Source: Lama glama (taxonomy: Eukaryota). From it: a stretch of 64,000 bases of DNA. Every line of letters starts with the position of its first letter. Within the stretch, counting starts at the first letter, position 1. The translations under genes and the position numbers were made by a program. This document shows, piece by piece, positions 24,554 to 39,225 of this stretch. The stretch covers positions 20,710,001 through 20,774,000 of the forward strand of contig CM052817.1 of the NCBI GenBank assembly GCA_028534125.1, in the 5' to 3' direction. Under the pieces are notes generated by a model. That model saw nothing but the letters and a program-made list of their open reading frames with translations, searched no databases and was not told where the DNA came from.

Positions 24554-24739
24554 GCCCCAAATGCCTCAAACACCTACAGTTTCCCATCTCAACAACAAGG
24601 AGTTCTTGAATTCTAAAGTCTTCAACATTGCACCTCCGTCCATAGTGAGTTATCTGCTAGGGAAGCGGAACTATCTTCTGAAATACATATTTAAACTATT
24701 GAGAGAAGTTATTATGATGTAAGTATTTATAATATTGGT

Positions 24740-24960
24740 ATTTACCATTAAGTGAATTTTGCCAAATGCTAGACACTTGACAGTGAAGTTTGCAAATATC
24801 ACAATTTAATTTTTATGTTAATAAAACAAGGCAGGTGCTATTATTTATATTTTACATATAACAAAAATGAGATTTAGAAATTTATTTTAGTTGCCTCAAA
24901 CAAGATAAAGTATTAAACCCGGGTAGGTGATGATAAAATTTAACATTTTTTTCTTCCACT
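24740..24960 (-). mobile_element. MIR fragment
   Basis: GGTGCTATTATTTATATTTTACATATAACAAAAATGAG resembles the MIR core. Confidence 0.5.
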
Positions 24961-26529
24961 ATCCTGTGTTGTTCCTGTGTTGGCTTTTATTCTTTTTATA
25001 ATCCTGCTTGGCTTTGTAGTGTTTCACCATTATAAGCTATGTCTTGCCATTTTTAATTGTCCATAATACTATCTAATGTTTTCACCTTCACTTATGATAA
25101 AAAGAAAATATTGCATTGATCCTGCAGAAAATAGCCATTAGTCTTGTTTTTGTCCTCACATTTTATTTAATATTGTGTCCAAAAATAATTCTCTTTAAAT
25201 TGGCTTTCAGGTAATCAAATTCTCAGTGATTATAAATACAAATTTTGTCCACATCTGGAATGAATGATAAATAAATATGTTACAACAAATGAAAGCATAC
25301 AGGTGTCGGTGTCCTAACAGGGTGTACCTTGCAGATGTTTACACCAGGAACGCACCGAAGTCATTTTCTTTCTTTAATATTTTCACTGATGTAACTGGGT
25401 CACTTACTTGCTAGACCATGCTTAGCAATGAAATATGTTCTTTTGTAACAGATGCAAGTGAAAACTGGAGGAGTCAAATAACCAGAAATTTAGCAGCTTG
25501 CCAGTTGGGGAGACGAGCAGAGAGGGACATGCATCTGCAAATGGTCACAGTCCTTGGGCCCAGGAAAGGCTGATGGAATGCGGTTCTTTCAAAGTCCAGA
25601 CAAAATTTAGTAACTATGCAGGGAAGACTTAGCCCTATGTGGTGGCTGAATGAATCACACTTAACTAAAACCTAGTGAGGCTGAGAGAGACACCAATGTG
25701 ACACTGCTGTCATGTGTATCAGAATGTCTTTGTCACCAAATGCCAAGGGGGAAGACCCGTATAATCAATAAGAAACTATGTCTTGGATTTTCTATGAGCA
25801 TTCAAGTATACAGGGATAAGAAATATAAAAAATGGGTAATGAACACTTCTTAGGAAGTAGTTTCATGGGAATTAAAAATTATGTATGGAGCAAAAACTCA
25901 AAGTAAGGGGAATTGGTTGTGCTGAATGCTTACTGGTATCGGGTTAAGTTAGCTAGCCAGAGCCGTCTGATGACATGTACTATCTTGTCACTATGGGAAG
26001 TGATGTTTACTGACTCCTGTGATTGATATTCAGGTCTGTCCTTGCGGTAATCTGGGCACTAGAATTGGAAATATTCGCGTTCCCATAAGTAATGCACATA
26101 AAACATCCAGTCTCTTAGCCAATGGCCGAATTAAGCACTGAATTTAAGTGTCACTGATTCTCTCCATGGGCTCTCTTTTTGATAAAACAAATCGTTCAGT
26201 TATATATTGGCATTTTCAAGAGTCCTACTGCCCAGAGACTCTCTCCCTTCCTTTGGTTTTATACCAAGATTTAATTCTCCAAGGGAAATATCATCTTCCT
26301 TATTTCCTAGCTTTAAGAGCAACTTGCCAGACCCCACCCTCTAATCCTAACCAAACTACTGCTGTGATCCACTATACAGTGACAAAGTGTCTCATGTAAT
26401 TACTCATGTAGTGAGTGATAGAGACAGGAATCTTCTGAGGAAACTCATAGACCATTTACGTCACTTTTTAAATGACTTATTAAATAGACCATTACGTCAC
26501 TGCCTTGGTAGACTTAAATGAATTCTACC

Positions 26530-26660
26530 TGTCTGTTTTTTATCTCCCTTCTTGGCACATAAACTTCTTGTTATTACTCATTTTCTATTTCCCAGAATAC
26601 CTAGCACCATGTGAGGCTCTGGGTATACACTCAATAAATGGTTGTGGAACTAAACTGAAA
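26530..26660 (+). mobile_element. L2 3' end
   Basis: CCCAGAATACCTAGCAC...ACACTCAATAAATGGTTGTGGAAC. Confidence 0.65.
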
Positions 26661-27989
26661 ATCAGCTGAACCATTATTAGCCATTGCCAAAAAGCTGAAT
26701 GGAGGGGAAGACATGTACTTTACCATATTTTTCATATTTCATAAAAGCACAGATGGAATATTATGCAGAGTTCAATGTAGGTAGGATGATCTTAATTCAG
26801 AAAATATGGATGAGGCATACTCTTACTATTTTCTTTTGCTACTAAGAAGGGGAGATATTTATTATTTGGAGTTTCAGGGTATGTACAGCTTTCAAACTTC
26901 AATCTACAAAATGTCTTAAAAATATACATAACATTTTAGGAATATGTGTCTCCATAAAAAGTCTTGTTTCAAGTTCCATATGTTTTCATGAAATTGGTTT
27001 GCAAAATATATGAAACTGAATATAAAAAAGGTTGCAATAAACATACTTTCTTTCACAGAGATTTTTCTTTGTGATCATAGAAGGTAACATAGCATTGAAA
27101 CATTGAGAACCAAGAAAGGGACAAAGATTTAAGTTGAAAACCTTTTGATTATGTTAACCATTAGATTTGCAGAGTGAGAAGTATGATAAATGACTGCCAT
27201 CCAGTTTTATCCACAGTTGACCTTTTATATGTGATGCAAGAAAATTCGGAAGAAGCCGACTTCCAAAAAGTACAGCTCACTGCCAGAAAATTTGAATTTC
27301 ATTTCCTGAAATGTCATTGGAATAAAGCACATATTCATTGTTAAAGGGGTTTTCATTGTAGCTGGACAAACGTGCTAGTGTGTGACATTCAGCAAAAATA
27401 ACCTCTGATGTTTCAGATCTGGTTTCAAAAACCACGACATCCAGCAATGGGCAAAGGGGAATTGTATCATCTCATCTGCCATGAAGAAACCCCCAGAATC
27501 TTGTTCCATGGGGAAATCAGGTCACTGGAGCTAACTACTAGAGCCACAGAAAATTTAATAAAAGCCTCAGCGACAGCAAGAGGTTCTCAAGGTGAGGTGG
27601 TGCTATATTTTTATTACCTTAACTGTGCTTGCATAATAAAACCATTACAGAGCCACAGTCAATACTGTAAATCATATATTCTCACCTATAAAAGTTCATA
27701 ATGAACTGAGTATAAATATCAGCAAAATATACAAAGAACAAAACCACTCAAATACATACCGCATATTAAAGAAGACTGAAGGCAATTTTTGACTTCTCTG
27801 TCAGCTTAAAATGCTGTTGCCAGCAGGAGAAACCCAGTGATGAAAATTAACAGAGAGTCAACTGATGGCTGGAAAGCAGTGTAGTCTCATTTAGTAACCC
27901 TGTCACTACCTTAGAGCAAATTGTACCCTTTTTTAGAATATTGGATTTATCAAATTTCTTTTTTGTTATTGTATGTATTCACTTCAGAG

Positions 27990-28530
27990 TCACTGAAGCA
28001 GATGCACTTTGTTGCCCGTCCGATAGCTCTCTCCTCCATTATTTCTCATTTACACAACCCTGAATTTTTCAAGAATCTATCCCACTAGATTGTGACCCTG
28101 TCCTTCTTTCAGGGGTCAATCCTGATGAATCCATTATAATCAAGTAATTATATTTCTCTTGCCTGTAATAAGTTTAGGAATGGGTATGGAATCAGATTTA
28201 CTCAAGGTCATGTATAGAGACCCTTCTTGGATGACCCGTATAAATATGATAGAAGCCCTGAGCCCAGCAGGCCCGAGGTCCTTGGCAGCCATTTTGTAAC
28301 CATGAGTGGAACACATTTTTAGAATAAGCCAACATATGAGGTTGGCATAAAGACAATAGAAAGAAACTAAGTCCTTGATAATGTTAGTAAACTGCTGAAT
28401 TAACATACCTTTGAATTTTTTTTAATGTGAGATAATACATTTGCTTAATGTTTAAATTAGTTAAGTGTTAAATTGTGTTAGTTAAATTGTGGTTTTCTAT
28501 CACTTGCAGTTGAAATCAACCTCATTGATA
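27990..28530 (+). mobile_element. Old MaLR LTR (MLT1J/K/L-like)
   Basis: GGCAGCCATTTTGTAACCATGAG...GTGAGATAATACATTTGC...TTTTCTATCACTTGCAGTTGAAA. Confidence 0.65.
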
Positions 28531-30499
28531 GAAACAATCAAATTTTTCAGGGGGAAATGACAATCTATAGAAAATGCTAATTTCAAAGACAATTATTTAA
28601 CAATTGTCATTGGAATGTGTGCTATCCTATTTCACAAAGTAAGTAGAAGACAGTGATAACTAGGCCCATTTGAGTTATATGGTCAAATAAATTTACATTA
28701 TATAGATCCCACAGTATTTTCTATAGAAAGTATCTTTACATAATACATTGTTCAAAATTTTATTAATTCTTAATAGATTTTTAGTTTATGGAAAACTAGA
28801 AAAATGGCATAGAATTTGAGAAAATAAATACTAAAACATTTTAAAATAGAATTTTGAGAAAACTTTTTTTTTCATTTTAGACATATCAGTGTTGGCATTA
28901 TTCCCTCAATTCTTAATTTCCATGGATTAAATAAAAGGATTATCTTGAGTTTTGTAGAACTTTTGCCCAATTAAGACTTTTATAAGTGATGCACAATTTC
29001 TTTTTAATCATGTTTTTAGAGCTACAAACTTGCATGGTTTTAACAAGTAAATTACCAACATACTATACTATAGTTTCATTTTTATTCAAGTTTAGGAATC
29101 TTGATAACAATAAGCCCCTAAATCAGACATTGCCTAACCATGAAATTTCTCAGACTAATTACATGAAGTTGTCAGTTGAAGTCACAGCCTTTGTAACCAA
29201 GAAATTACCAAGGACATAACCCGAGATGGATTTGTTTTCTTTTAAAGGAAGCCTATAATTTTCTTACATCATTTTCAGTTATAATATTAAAAATGACAAA
29301 TATGCTAAAAAAGAAAAACAATTTATTTTTCTAGATGCAATAGTTTATAGCATTAATTCAGAAGTTGATTTTTACATTTCTGATTAGATGTTTTCTGTTG
29401 ATGTTACTGTGCCTAAGATGATGCCATGTCTGTAGACCTAAAGGAATATATGTTGTGTTCATATAAATAATATACCTAGTAGTCTTAATTTAATATTTCA
29501 ACTTTTTGAAACTTTTTAAAGGCAAAGAATTGGTAGACTCTTCCATTAATTGAATTATATTGAGAATTAATTATATTGAGTTAATTATTAGTATTAACTA
29601 TAATTACATATGTATTATATCTCCAGCTATCTACCTGGCTATCTCAGACATGTTAAATGCTGAGAAACTAAATATATAATTTCAAAACATATGAGAGAAC
29701 TCATCAACGTAGGAATGAAAAAACAAGCAAAAAATTAAAAGTGATAAACAATATGATAATCACAATCACTATAAATAAGCCAATGCAATGTCTTATGTCT
29801 CACTTTGATTTATAAAGTAACAGGGGCTGGGAGTTAGGGAGGGGGTTGTACTTTGATAGGTTTTGAAGAGAAGACCCAGCTGTGGAAATGGTTATTTCTG
29901 GGGCCCAGATGATATAAAGGAGATCATGCAGGAGCGGAGGAATTGATCTAGGATGTGTGATCAGCACATCCAGAGACCTTGAAGCTGGAGAGGGCTTGGT
30001 TCACCTGAACATAAAGGAGTCCAGGGTGGATGAATCACAGTTCTTATACTTCTATTAGAATCTCAATGCCTCTCTCTCTCTGTCATGCTCGCTCTTTCAT
30101 TATAGAAATAAATAAATGCAAGCCATACCAGTCTAGGTTTCCTATTTTTGTAATAACTGTATGGTTGAGGTGTCACGTTGAAATGAAGAGTGACTAGGGC
30201 TGGGCCAAGGGCATTTAGCTCCAGGCACTTCTAATCAAGCTCCAAATGCATGACCCCTTTCCCATCTGATGCTTTCTCTTATGTCGGCCTTTCCCATTAC
30301 TCTTGCATCCATGTTTAAATTTATAACCTAAGTTATGTTTTTCTCTATGAGGCTTGCCAGGATTTTTTCCAGTGCATACCTTGAGGAAAAAAGGGTTTTT
30401 TAAGTATGGTTCAGATTTGAGTCCAAAATGAGATATGGACAAGATCTTACCTGTCACAACCTGACAAATAGTATTTGGCACTGTGGTTTTTATTATTTC

Positions 30500-30720
30500 A
30501 AAGAGAGTATTAAATGCACCAGTTTTGGAGTTAGATGTGCCTGTGTTTGAATTCTGCTTATGTCCCTCAGTTGCTGGGCGACCTTGTACAGGTTATTAGA
30601 TCTCTACCTGTATTTTCTTCATCTTTATATAATTGTCTAATAGCTACTGTGCAGGGGATGTATAACTAAAATGCCCAGTTTAGTACTTATTATAGAGACA
30701 AGGCTCAGGATATGGTAGCA
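30500..30720 (+). mobile_element. MIR
   Basis: TTTGGAGTTAGATGTGCCTGTGTTTGAATTCTG...GACCTTGTACAGGTTATT. Confidence 0.65.
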
Positions 30721-30938
30721 ATTGCTTATCTTGGCTATTCATCCATTTTTTTTTTCTAGACTATCCTGCAATTCCCCCAGGGCTTTTTCTCAATGTTTCA
30801 GTAGATGTTCCATTTCATAATAGCCAGGATATTTCAGCAATCCAATAAATCCTCTAAAAACATACTTTTTTTTTCCAATAAAATTACTGGAATCCATTGG
30901 AATATTAAGCAAATTGTTGATTCTTTCCAGGGAAGGGC

Positions 30939-31028
30939 GGAAACAAGTAAGACAAGTGGCCAAAAAATAATTATAAGCATACGTGGAAACAAGTAAGACA
31001 AGTGGCCAAAAAATAATTTTAAGCATAC
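30939..31028. repeat. Tandem duplication, 46-bp period, 2 copies
   Basis: GGAAACAAGTAAGACAAGTGGCCAAAAAATAATT(A/T)TAAGCATAC twice, one mismatch. Confidence 0.95.
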
Positions 31029-31369
31029 AAATCAGAACTTTAATTCTATTAATTATTCAGTAAAAAGTTATTAAGTATCTATGCATCTAGAAAACGATTA
31101 TTGTGTAAAATTATTACAAAAATCTACTTGTTTCAGGTGAAATCACAACAGAGTAATGATGGACTTTTAGAACATGTGTAAAAGTGTTTATTCCTTGATT
31201 TAAGAAATATAATTGAGCACCTATGTGAACTCTGTATTGAGTAAACTACCATGACCTTGATTAAGGATGCATTCTGGTGGGGAAGAGCCCACCAGAATGG
31301 GCTGTCTATCTGTCTGTCTATCTCATCCCCCCTTGGTTGAGACACAAATTTTGGTTGGCAGAGCTTTAT

Positions 31370-33710
31370 ATTATTAGGAAATTGGTTACAAGCGTGGGCT
31401 AAGGTTGAATAAATATGTAAAGTGATTGAAGATAAGCAAAGCCAGGTTTCTCATGGAAAAGGAGTTACTACACAGACGTGGAGGGGGAGGAGGGGCAAAA
31501 ATAAACCTTGTCCTGTTGAATTTGAACTGGAGGTATCCATGAGAAATCATGGTTTTAGATGGATCTATTGATGGCTGGATAGATATAAGTAAGTGTGTGT
31601 GTGTGTGTGCGCGCGCGCAGATATTCACTTAGGATATGTATTTTCTTTCTCTGTCAATTCGGAGAACTTAGAAGCAAAGAAACCTCTGTAGCAATGTTCA
31701 CACTTAGCACTTTGACCTTGTTTTTTAAATGCTATTCTCGACTAAAACAAACCAAGACTCTTTGGAGAAACAGCTGTTTCAGAACTAGAGAGGGAGAACA
31801 GCAGAAGCTAAGGAATGGCTCTCACAAAAAAAAATTAGATTAAAAAGACACAAAAACTGGCTTGAAGAGAGTTCCATTGACCCAATTTGGGACAATTTAA
31901 GCATCAAAATAATGCAATGTAGTAACAAATCATAACTCACTGTATGAAGTAAGAATCTCAAAGGTCATACAAATACAAATTTAAAAAGAAACAAATACAT
32001 AAATACAATTTTAAAAGGAGAAGGGAATGCTTTACTATACAATGGAATAATAATGAATAAATATAATTAATGGCACGATTAGGAAACTATTGTTTGGAAA
32101 TTATCATAGTAATAATTGTTTCAGGCAAGTAATAAGCAATGTTAAATCAAAGGGATAAAATTTTTATAAAGAAAAATGTATTTTCTCAAAATGTATTTCA
32201 TAAAATAGTTATCAATTATTTACCAGTTAGTAAGTACAAAATAATTTTTAACTTTATAGTGGAGAAACTTTACAGACACTCTCATGCTTCAGAGATAAAA
32301 GTTAATCTTACCAACCATAGGACAGAGCAGCATTTGTGTCTCTTGTGTGATGCATTGAAAAGAACTCAGCAGCACCTCAATGATTTTCCTGATAAAAATA
32401 CTAGATCTGGACATAACTGTGAGGAAGCATCACATCAACTTGAATTGAGGGACATTCTACAAAGTGACTGGCCTGTAGATTTCAAAAATGTGAAGATAAC
32501 AAATGAGAAGGAAAGAGTGAAGACCTGTTCTGTATTGAATAAAACTAAAGAGAATGATACCACGTATAGCATGTGATGATGGATTAGATCCTGGACCTAT
32601 GGGGGAAAATGACAGTCATGTTTAAATGGAATTGATTGAAATGTATCATTGTTAATTTCCTGATTGGATTGTTCTGTTGTGTAGGAGAGCGCTGTTGTAT
32701 GAAATATCCATTGAACTATGAAGGGATAAGGGGGCATCAGGTCGGTAAGTGACTCTCAAATGGTTCAGGGAAGAATTATGTATAAATATAGATGAGGGAA
32801 TAATAAGGTAAAATGTGATAAAATGTTAACAGTTGGGGAATCTGGTTAAAGGGTATGTGGAAATTATTTGTCCTATGTTAATAACTTTTTAAAAAATAGA
32901 GTTTATTTTCTGGAGCCATCTTAGGTTCACAGTAAAATTGGGCAGAAAGTACAGAGAATTTGCATATACTCCCTGCACAACCTCCCTGCATCACCATCCC
33001 CCACTAGAGGGGTACATTTGTTACAATGGCAGACCTACACTGACAGATCATTATCACCCAAAGTCCAGACTTTCCATTGGGTGTACTTTATGTCACCTTC
33101 AATCTTGGTGTTCCAGTCCATCGGTTTTTGACAAATGTCTGACATGTATCTACCATAATACTATCATTCAGAATAGTTTCATTGACCTAAGAATTATCTA
33201 TTTTCTGCCTATTTATCTCACCATTCCCCAAAATCTCTGACAACCACTCATTTTTTTTACTGTCTCCACAGTTTTGCCTTTTCCACAATGCCATGTAATT
33301 GGAATCATACAATTTGCAGCCTTTTCAGATTGGCTTTTTATTCTTAATCACATGCATTTAAAGTTCCTCTATGTTTTTTCTTGGCTTAATAGCTCATTTC
33401 TTTTTGGAGCTGAATAATACTCCACTACCTGGATATGCCATAATTTATTGATCTATTCACTAACTGAAAAACCTCTTGGTTGCATCCAAGTGTTGGCAAT
33501 TATGAATAAAACTGCTATGAACATCTGTGTGCAGGTTTGGTGTAAATACAAGTTTTTGACTTCTTTGGGTAAATACCAAAGAGCATGGCTGGATCATATG
33601 GTAAAAGTATGTTTTGTTTTGCAAGAAACTGCCAAAGTGTCTCCAAAGTGGCTGTTTATTATAATTCCATAATAAATTTTATTTTATTTCTAAATAAAAA
33701 GTTAAAATCC
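31370..33710 (+). mobile_element. Old L1 (L1MC3/4-like) long 3' UTR, interrupted by another L1
   Basis: GCCAGGTTTCTCA...GAATTTGAACTGGAGGTATC; AATTGAGGGACATTCTACAAAGTGACTGGCCTG; GGGGAATCTGGTTAAAGGGTATGTGGAAATT. Confidence 0.75.
32888..33654 (-). mobile_element. L1 (L1MC/MD-like) 3' end nested in the older L1
   Basis: TTAGGTTCACAGTAAAATTGGGCAGAAAGTACAGAGA...GCAATTATGAATAAAACTGCTATGAACATC. Confidence 0.82.
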
Positions 33711-34559
33711 CAAACAAAAGGAGGTAAGTGAACAAAAAAATTCACTAAAATATGATCATTATCATGAAGTAGACACACTAAAGGCCACATGGCAGTGGAT
33801 ATCTACTACAGAGAGATGCCAGGTGACTGAGGAGGAAATAGCAATACTGCTGAGTTCTGAGATATGAGGAGCTTAGCCACGTAAAAAGTAGAAGAGCCTC
33901 ACAGAGAGAGGACCTAGCATACGCAAAGGGCCTGAGGCAGGAAAGAGGTAAGCATTTTTGAAGAAGTGAAAAGATTTAGTGCAGCTGGAGCCAGAACAAA
34001 ACTGAAGTTGGAGAGAAAGGGAAGGCAATGATTAGAGCACAATGAATGGGGTCAGTCCTCTAGCAGGTGGTGAGGTTAGACTGAGCCTGAGATGTTTCCT
34101 GCAATGACAACTTTGTTTGGTTTTTCCCTGTCCCCTATCTTGCTTCTTCCATACCCTTACATAGACCATTTACACTTGATTCCTTGGCTCACAGTAAGCT
34201 TTAGGGAGACCAGTAAGTCAAGCTTCCAACCCACTGCATAAAAATATATAGATAGCAGTGATACAATATTATTTGGAGGTATCATTATAAAGTGTCAGAG
34301 GACATTACATGATTAATGAATCAGAGACTTCTTAATGTGAAGTCTATAGTAAGCTGGCTAAAAGACATAGAGTCATACAATTTTACAACTGAGAGAAGCA
34401 CCTTTGAAATCATCTAATGCAAGCTTCTCACTTTACCAATAAACTGAGGCTTGAGCAATTTGGGAATTCCTATCAAGTGCTTGTCAGAAAGGTCACATTT
34501 TATGACTCTCTAATCCTCTTTTTATGGAATATAGCCTAAGTAAGTCATCATAAACTCAG

Positions 34560-34930
34560 TGATTTACGTATAGAGATTTTCATCTCACTATTATATATAA
34601 CAGTAAAAAACTTGGAAGCCATCTAAATGTCCAAAATATGAGAAAGGATAAATACATTACAGAATGTGTGTTGGCATATTTATTCATATAACAAAATGGT
34701 ACTCCAAAGGAATATTTAGGAGATGCAAAAAGGCTCCCAAGTTTAAGTGGAAGGAAAGGATGTAAACAGGCACACTCATTAGAAGAAAAGAATAGAAGAA
34801 ATATATCAAAATATTAATGGTGGTTATCTCTAGGTGGGTGATTTATATTTTCTTTTTATACCATTATTCGTTTTCAAAACTTTCCAGAATAAGCATATAT
34901 TACTTTTATCAGCATATATTAAAAAAAAAC
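34560..34930 (+). mobile_element. Very old L1 (L1ME-like) 3' fragment
   Basis: AAACTTGGAAGCCATCTAAATGTCCA...ATATTAATGGTGGTTATCTCTAGGTGG. Confidence 0.6.
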
Positions 34931-37900
34931 AGGAATATAAATTGAGCCTTGTAGAATTAAAATGACATAGTCCAAGGTCAGAACATATCACTGCAGGGCT
35001 GGAAATCCAAGAATCTTGATTTTTAATCCTGGTTTATTTTTTGAAAATAATTTACCCCCGCCAGTGGATTAGAGAAATTCAAAAGTGAGTTGCTTGTTTC
35101 ACCATTATTTAGTAACTTCATGACACAGGTAAGGTCAGTGTTAAAGATCTAATCTTTTAGCTTCTCCCTTTCTGTCTTCCTCCATTGCTCCTTCTTCTTT
35201 TGCTTTTCCCTCCTCTCATTTCTTGCCTCAATCTCTTTCATCCGTCTTCTCTACCAAGCTGCTTCATGCAGCAGAACACTTTTTTTTTTCAAAGGGAGAT
35301 GCCATCAGTAATTTTTCCCCTTAAGAGGCTACTTATGGACATTTTGGAAAAGGTATAGAACACTTTTCTTCTCTAAATTACAGTTTCAAGAGCCTGTCTT
35401 ACTTCAACAAGCAAACATCCATTGCCATTGCTTGGTAGAAATGTATAAGGAGAAAGGCTGTGGTTGTCTCTGTCAAAGTATTTTTCAGAATTATTCCCTG
35501 AGAAGGAGGTAGATATATTTACACAGGGGTCAAGAGGCTAATGGAAAGAAATTAAATATTTTTGATGTATGTATTATGATTCTTTCAGCTGAGTTTTCAC
35601 TTAACATTTGTGAATCTCAAAGTAAAACTATAAATGGAAGTCCACTAGCAAATGTCTTAATCCTTAAAGGTTATAAATCAAGACAATAAATATCACACCC
35701 CGACAAATACGCCTTTGTGGAGACTGGGAAGGACAGGTTGAATCTAGACTTTGTAACACATGGACAGAGCTAGCACACAGTTTCACCTCACTCCCTTTTC
35801 TTCCTAGTCACAGCTCCAAGGTCCACCAGGGATGACCCTGTGCACACAGACTGAAACCCAGGCCATGCATTTAAGTCAATCCACACCCCCTCAGACAGCC
35901 TTTTCCTTGGTCATTCTTAAGTCTTGGGGTGTGACATGCATGACATGATCTACTTTTCAGAGAATGGTCTCAGAGAGGAGACCTCTGACGTTCTTGGAAG
36001 TTTGGGCTGTTTGGAAAGAGCTTTCTGGGGGTGAGGGACCCAGTCCTTGGCCCTGTCAACTCCTTGATCCATGGGTGAGATGTGGCCGGAAGAGGGCCAG
36101 AATGAGTTTTCTACTGGGTGGGACTCAGAGCAGAGTGAGTATCCCTAGGCTGATTATTTAAATTTAAATTTAAACCTATTACATTTATAACATTTTTTCC
36201 TATTTTCAAATTTATACACCTCCAAAATGAAGTATCCTTTAAATGCAGCTAACTCCTCTCTGTTTTCATTCACGACACTGAAATTTACGTCACTTCCCAA
36301 TTTCAAGTACATCTCTAAAGAGTACTTGCTTATCATTATTTCTGCTTCTTATTCTTACATTTGCATCATCAAAACAAAATATCTGACAAATATTTTGAAA
36401 CCTTGGATAGCTCATAATTTTGTTGCATAGAACATGCCATCTTCTTTGTTCCATAACTGAAAAACATTTTAATTTGTAGATTTATAAACAATATTTAAAA
36501 TGACTTAACCGATTATTTTATTCCTAAATTATCTATTTCCTTTTAGCCTGTTTGTGTACTCACTTAAATTCAGCATTTGTCCACTTACAAACTTTGTCAA
36601 GTAAATGTTGGCACTTGGACATCATTAAAAAAAAGAAAAAAAATCATATTTTCATCATAAAATTTTAATTAAAATTTCATCATAAAGATGAAAAAATACT
36701 GTCCCATTTTCTTTTAATAAAATGGGATGGTCCAGGCAATTGTAACCAAACACCACATGATGAAGTTCTGTTGAATGCCTAAAAAGGATGACACATTTTG
36801 TTTTGTTTTGTTTTTAGACATATATTTTCACACATTGAGTTTGAGAAAATTCATGCAAGGTATCATTATCTAAAGGCACATAGTCTGAAATTTCATTTAT
36901 ATAATTGATTTCACCAACCGTAGAAGCTAGGCTAGGCTCAGTGCTTTCTGTGTTTTGCATTCATCTTCTGACTCATCTAATTATTGTAAAATGTCTTCTA
37001 CTGATAAAATTTACTTTCCTTTGACTTTAAGAGCAGAAAATAACAAATTGTAAATTTTAACTGTGTTCAATGAGAGCCGAAAAACAGACCACAAATACCG
37101 TGCTTCCAATCTTTTTTTTAATGGCTTGTGGAAAGCTGATGCAATGATTCAGGCTATGCAATAAGAACACTTAAAAATGTGGAAGTAGTGGTCACTTACA
37201 TCACTTGTGTCTTTTTTTCTAAGGAACTACATCATTCTGTTTTCCTGTTGTTTTAGTCTACTCTAGCAAAACTGGGAATAATTTATGAGTAATGATTAAA
37301 TAGTAACAGTAATGATTAATAGTAATGTTTACCAGTTTAAATAGCAAATAAGATGATGAAATAGAAAAAAGTGTTCCAACATATAGAAAAAACATCACTA
37401 AGATCTCATAAATGTATCACAGATTTATGCAAGGTATAAAGAATCCTTACAGTAATTTTCAAAGTAAACTTAATTTAATTTTATTCTATGAAAAATAAGC
37501 AATTATTTTCTTCAAAAACTTCTAAGAAAAATAAAATTCATGAAGTATCTATTCTTACAAATAGAACTACTGGAAAAAGAAAAAGATAAATGAAAATTGG
37601 GTCAATGGATCTTAACATTATCTTGAGGGTTAATGATCTCCACTGATTTGCAATTTGCAAAATAAGATGTAGAGACTTCACTGGAAAACTTACCATGACA
37701 ATTGGAGGTCTGTAATTAATGACTCAAAACTGAGTCTGAAATATAGTTTAGTGTAATAACCTTAAACATTTTTTGGAAAAATTTTAAAAACTATGTAACC
37801 CCTGTGAGCATTTTGAACTTGTCATATATACATTTTAAAATCATATGTTTAAAGAATTTTCAAATGGTATAATTTTTAGAATTTATAAATATTTGATATT

Positions 37901-39225
37901 TCAAATAAAATGTTATATCACTCTTCAACTCTAGTCAATAGAATATAAATGGCACAGTAATTTGATTCCTTCTCTATCTTTTCAGAAATATAAAAAAATT
38001 CTGCCTTAACATTTAGAAATATTAAATCTTTTTCCTTTCCCCTTTAACTAGTTTTTTCTATCCATTTTTCTCATTAAATTTAGTTTTAATTTTATGTTAA
38101 AGATCTTTTATTAATCATGCTTTTATGCTTCTTGGTAGCTATGTGTGCATATATAATTAAATTTATTTCAATAATAGTTAGCATTTACTCCAAGTGTTAT
38201 TTTCTTTTCTTTTATTACTAAAGAAATTATTACTATAGTCAGTTGATTAAAACATCATAAATGTATTACATGTTTTCACAAAAAATAAAATTAAAATTTC
38301 ATTGCAGTGATTCTCTTAATAATGTGGGTGGATTTGGGATTTACATTATTTTGATTAAAGCTATAGGGAAATATTTCTTTTCAGAAAGTACAATTTGAAT
38401 TCATGCCCTTTTCAGAATATGTCATGGGAATACTTTCACTTATTTGGAGCAAAAGAGAAGGGTGATAGTTTATAAGCAGCCTTGATGTGCTTTTTAAGGC
38501 TTATTTAATAAATGTAATAAAGTGTTTGATGTTACTTCCTCAATACCAGTCACCTTCTGTAGAGAAACTAATATGTGCTTGTGGTTCAATTCAGCATGAA
38601 TATTGCATAGTAGTTATCTTGAGAAACTCACAGACCTGTCTTAAACTTATGTTGTTATAATATTAATGGTCCAAAAAACATTACCCGAAAAAATGGAAAA
38701 TAGACTGTGAGCTTCACCTATAGTCTTATTTACAATGATTTGTATTTTTATGTTCATTTCCATATAATTTAATGATATGATTTTAATGTTACTAATTCCT
38801 TTTTAAAATTTTACATTAAAAATCAGTTATTCTTATTAAAAGGGCAGACTTAAATGTTGATCAATATGACTATCTTCATGATTTTCAGTGACTAGAAAAA
38901 CAAAAATCAGCTACAATTATGTCAAAAATTATTTGTAATAGCAATGTTTTTTTCTTTTTTAATCTACTAAAGTTGCTGGAAATTTAGTCTATTTTATTAG
39001 AACTTGCTTTCTTTAAAGTATTGTACTTTTATATATAATAAAATCTGTTTGTTGTGTTATTAAATTTTATTTTTTGAAGTGGAACACTAACGTAAATGTA
39101 TGCATGCCTAAATATTTACATAGGTCTTTACATTCTTGAGTATATACATTGATATAAAATTTCAGAAGTAAGCACATTATTTATTATATTATTTACTAAG
39201 CAAATACCAACATCTATTATTATGA

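Noticed and set aside
32139..32576. 145-aa ORF
   Set aside because: Lies inside an old L1 3' UTR; chance open frame.
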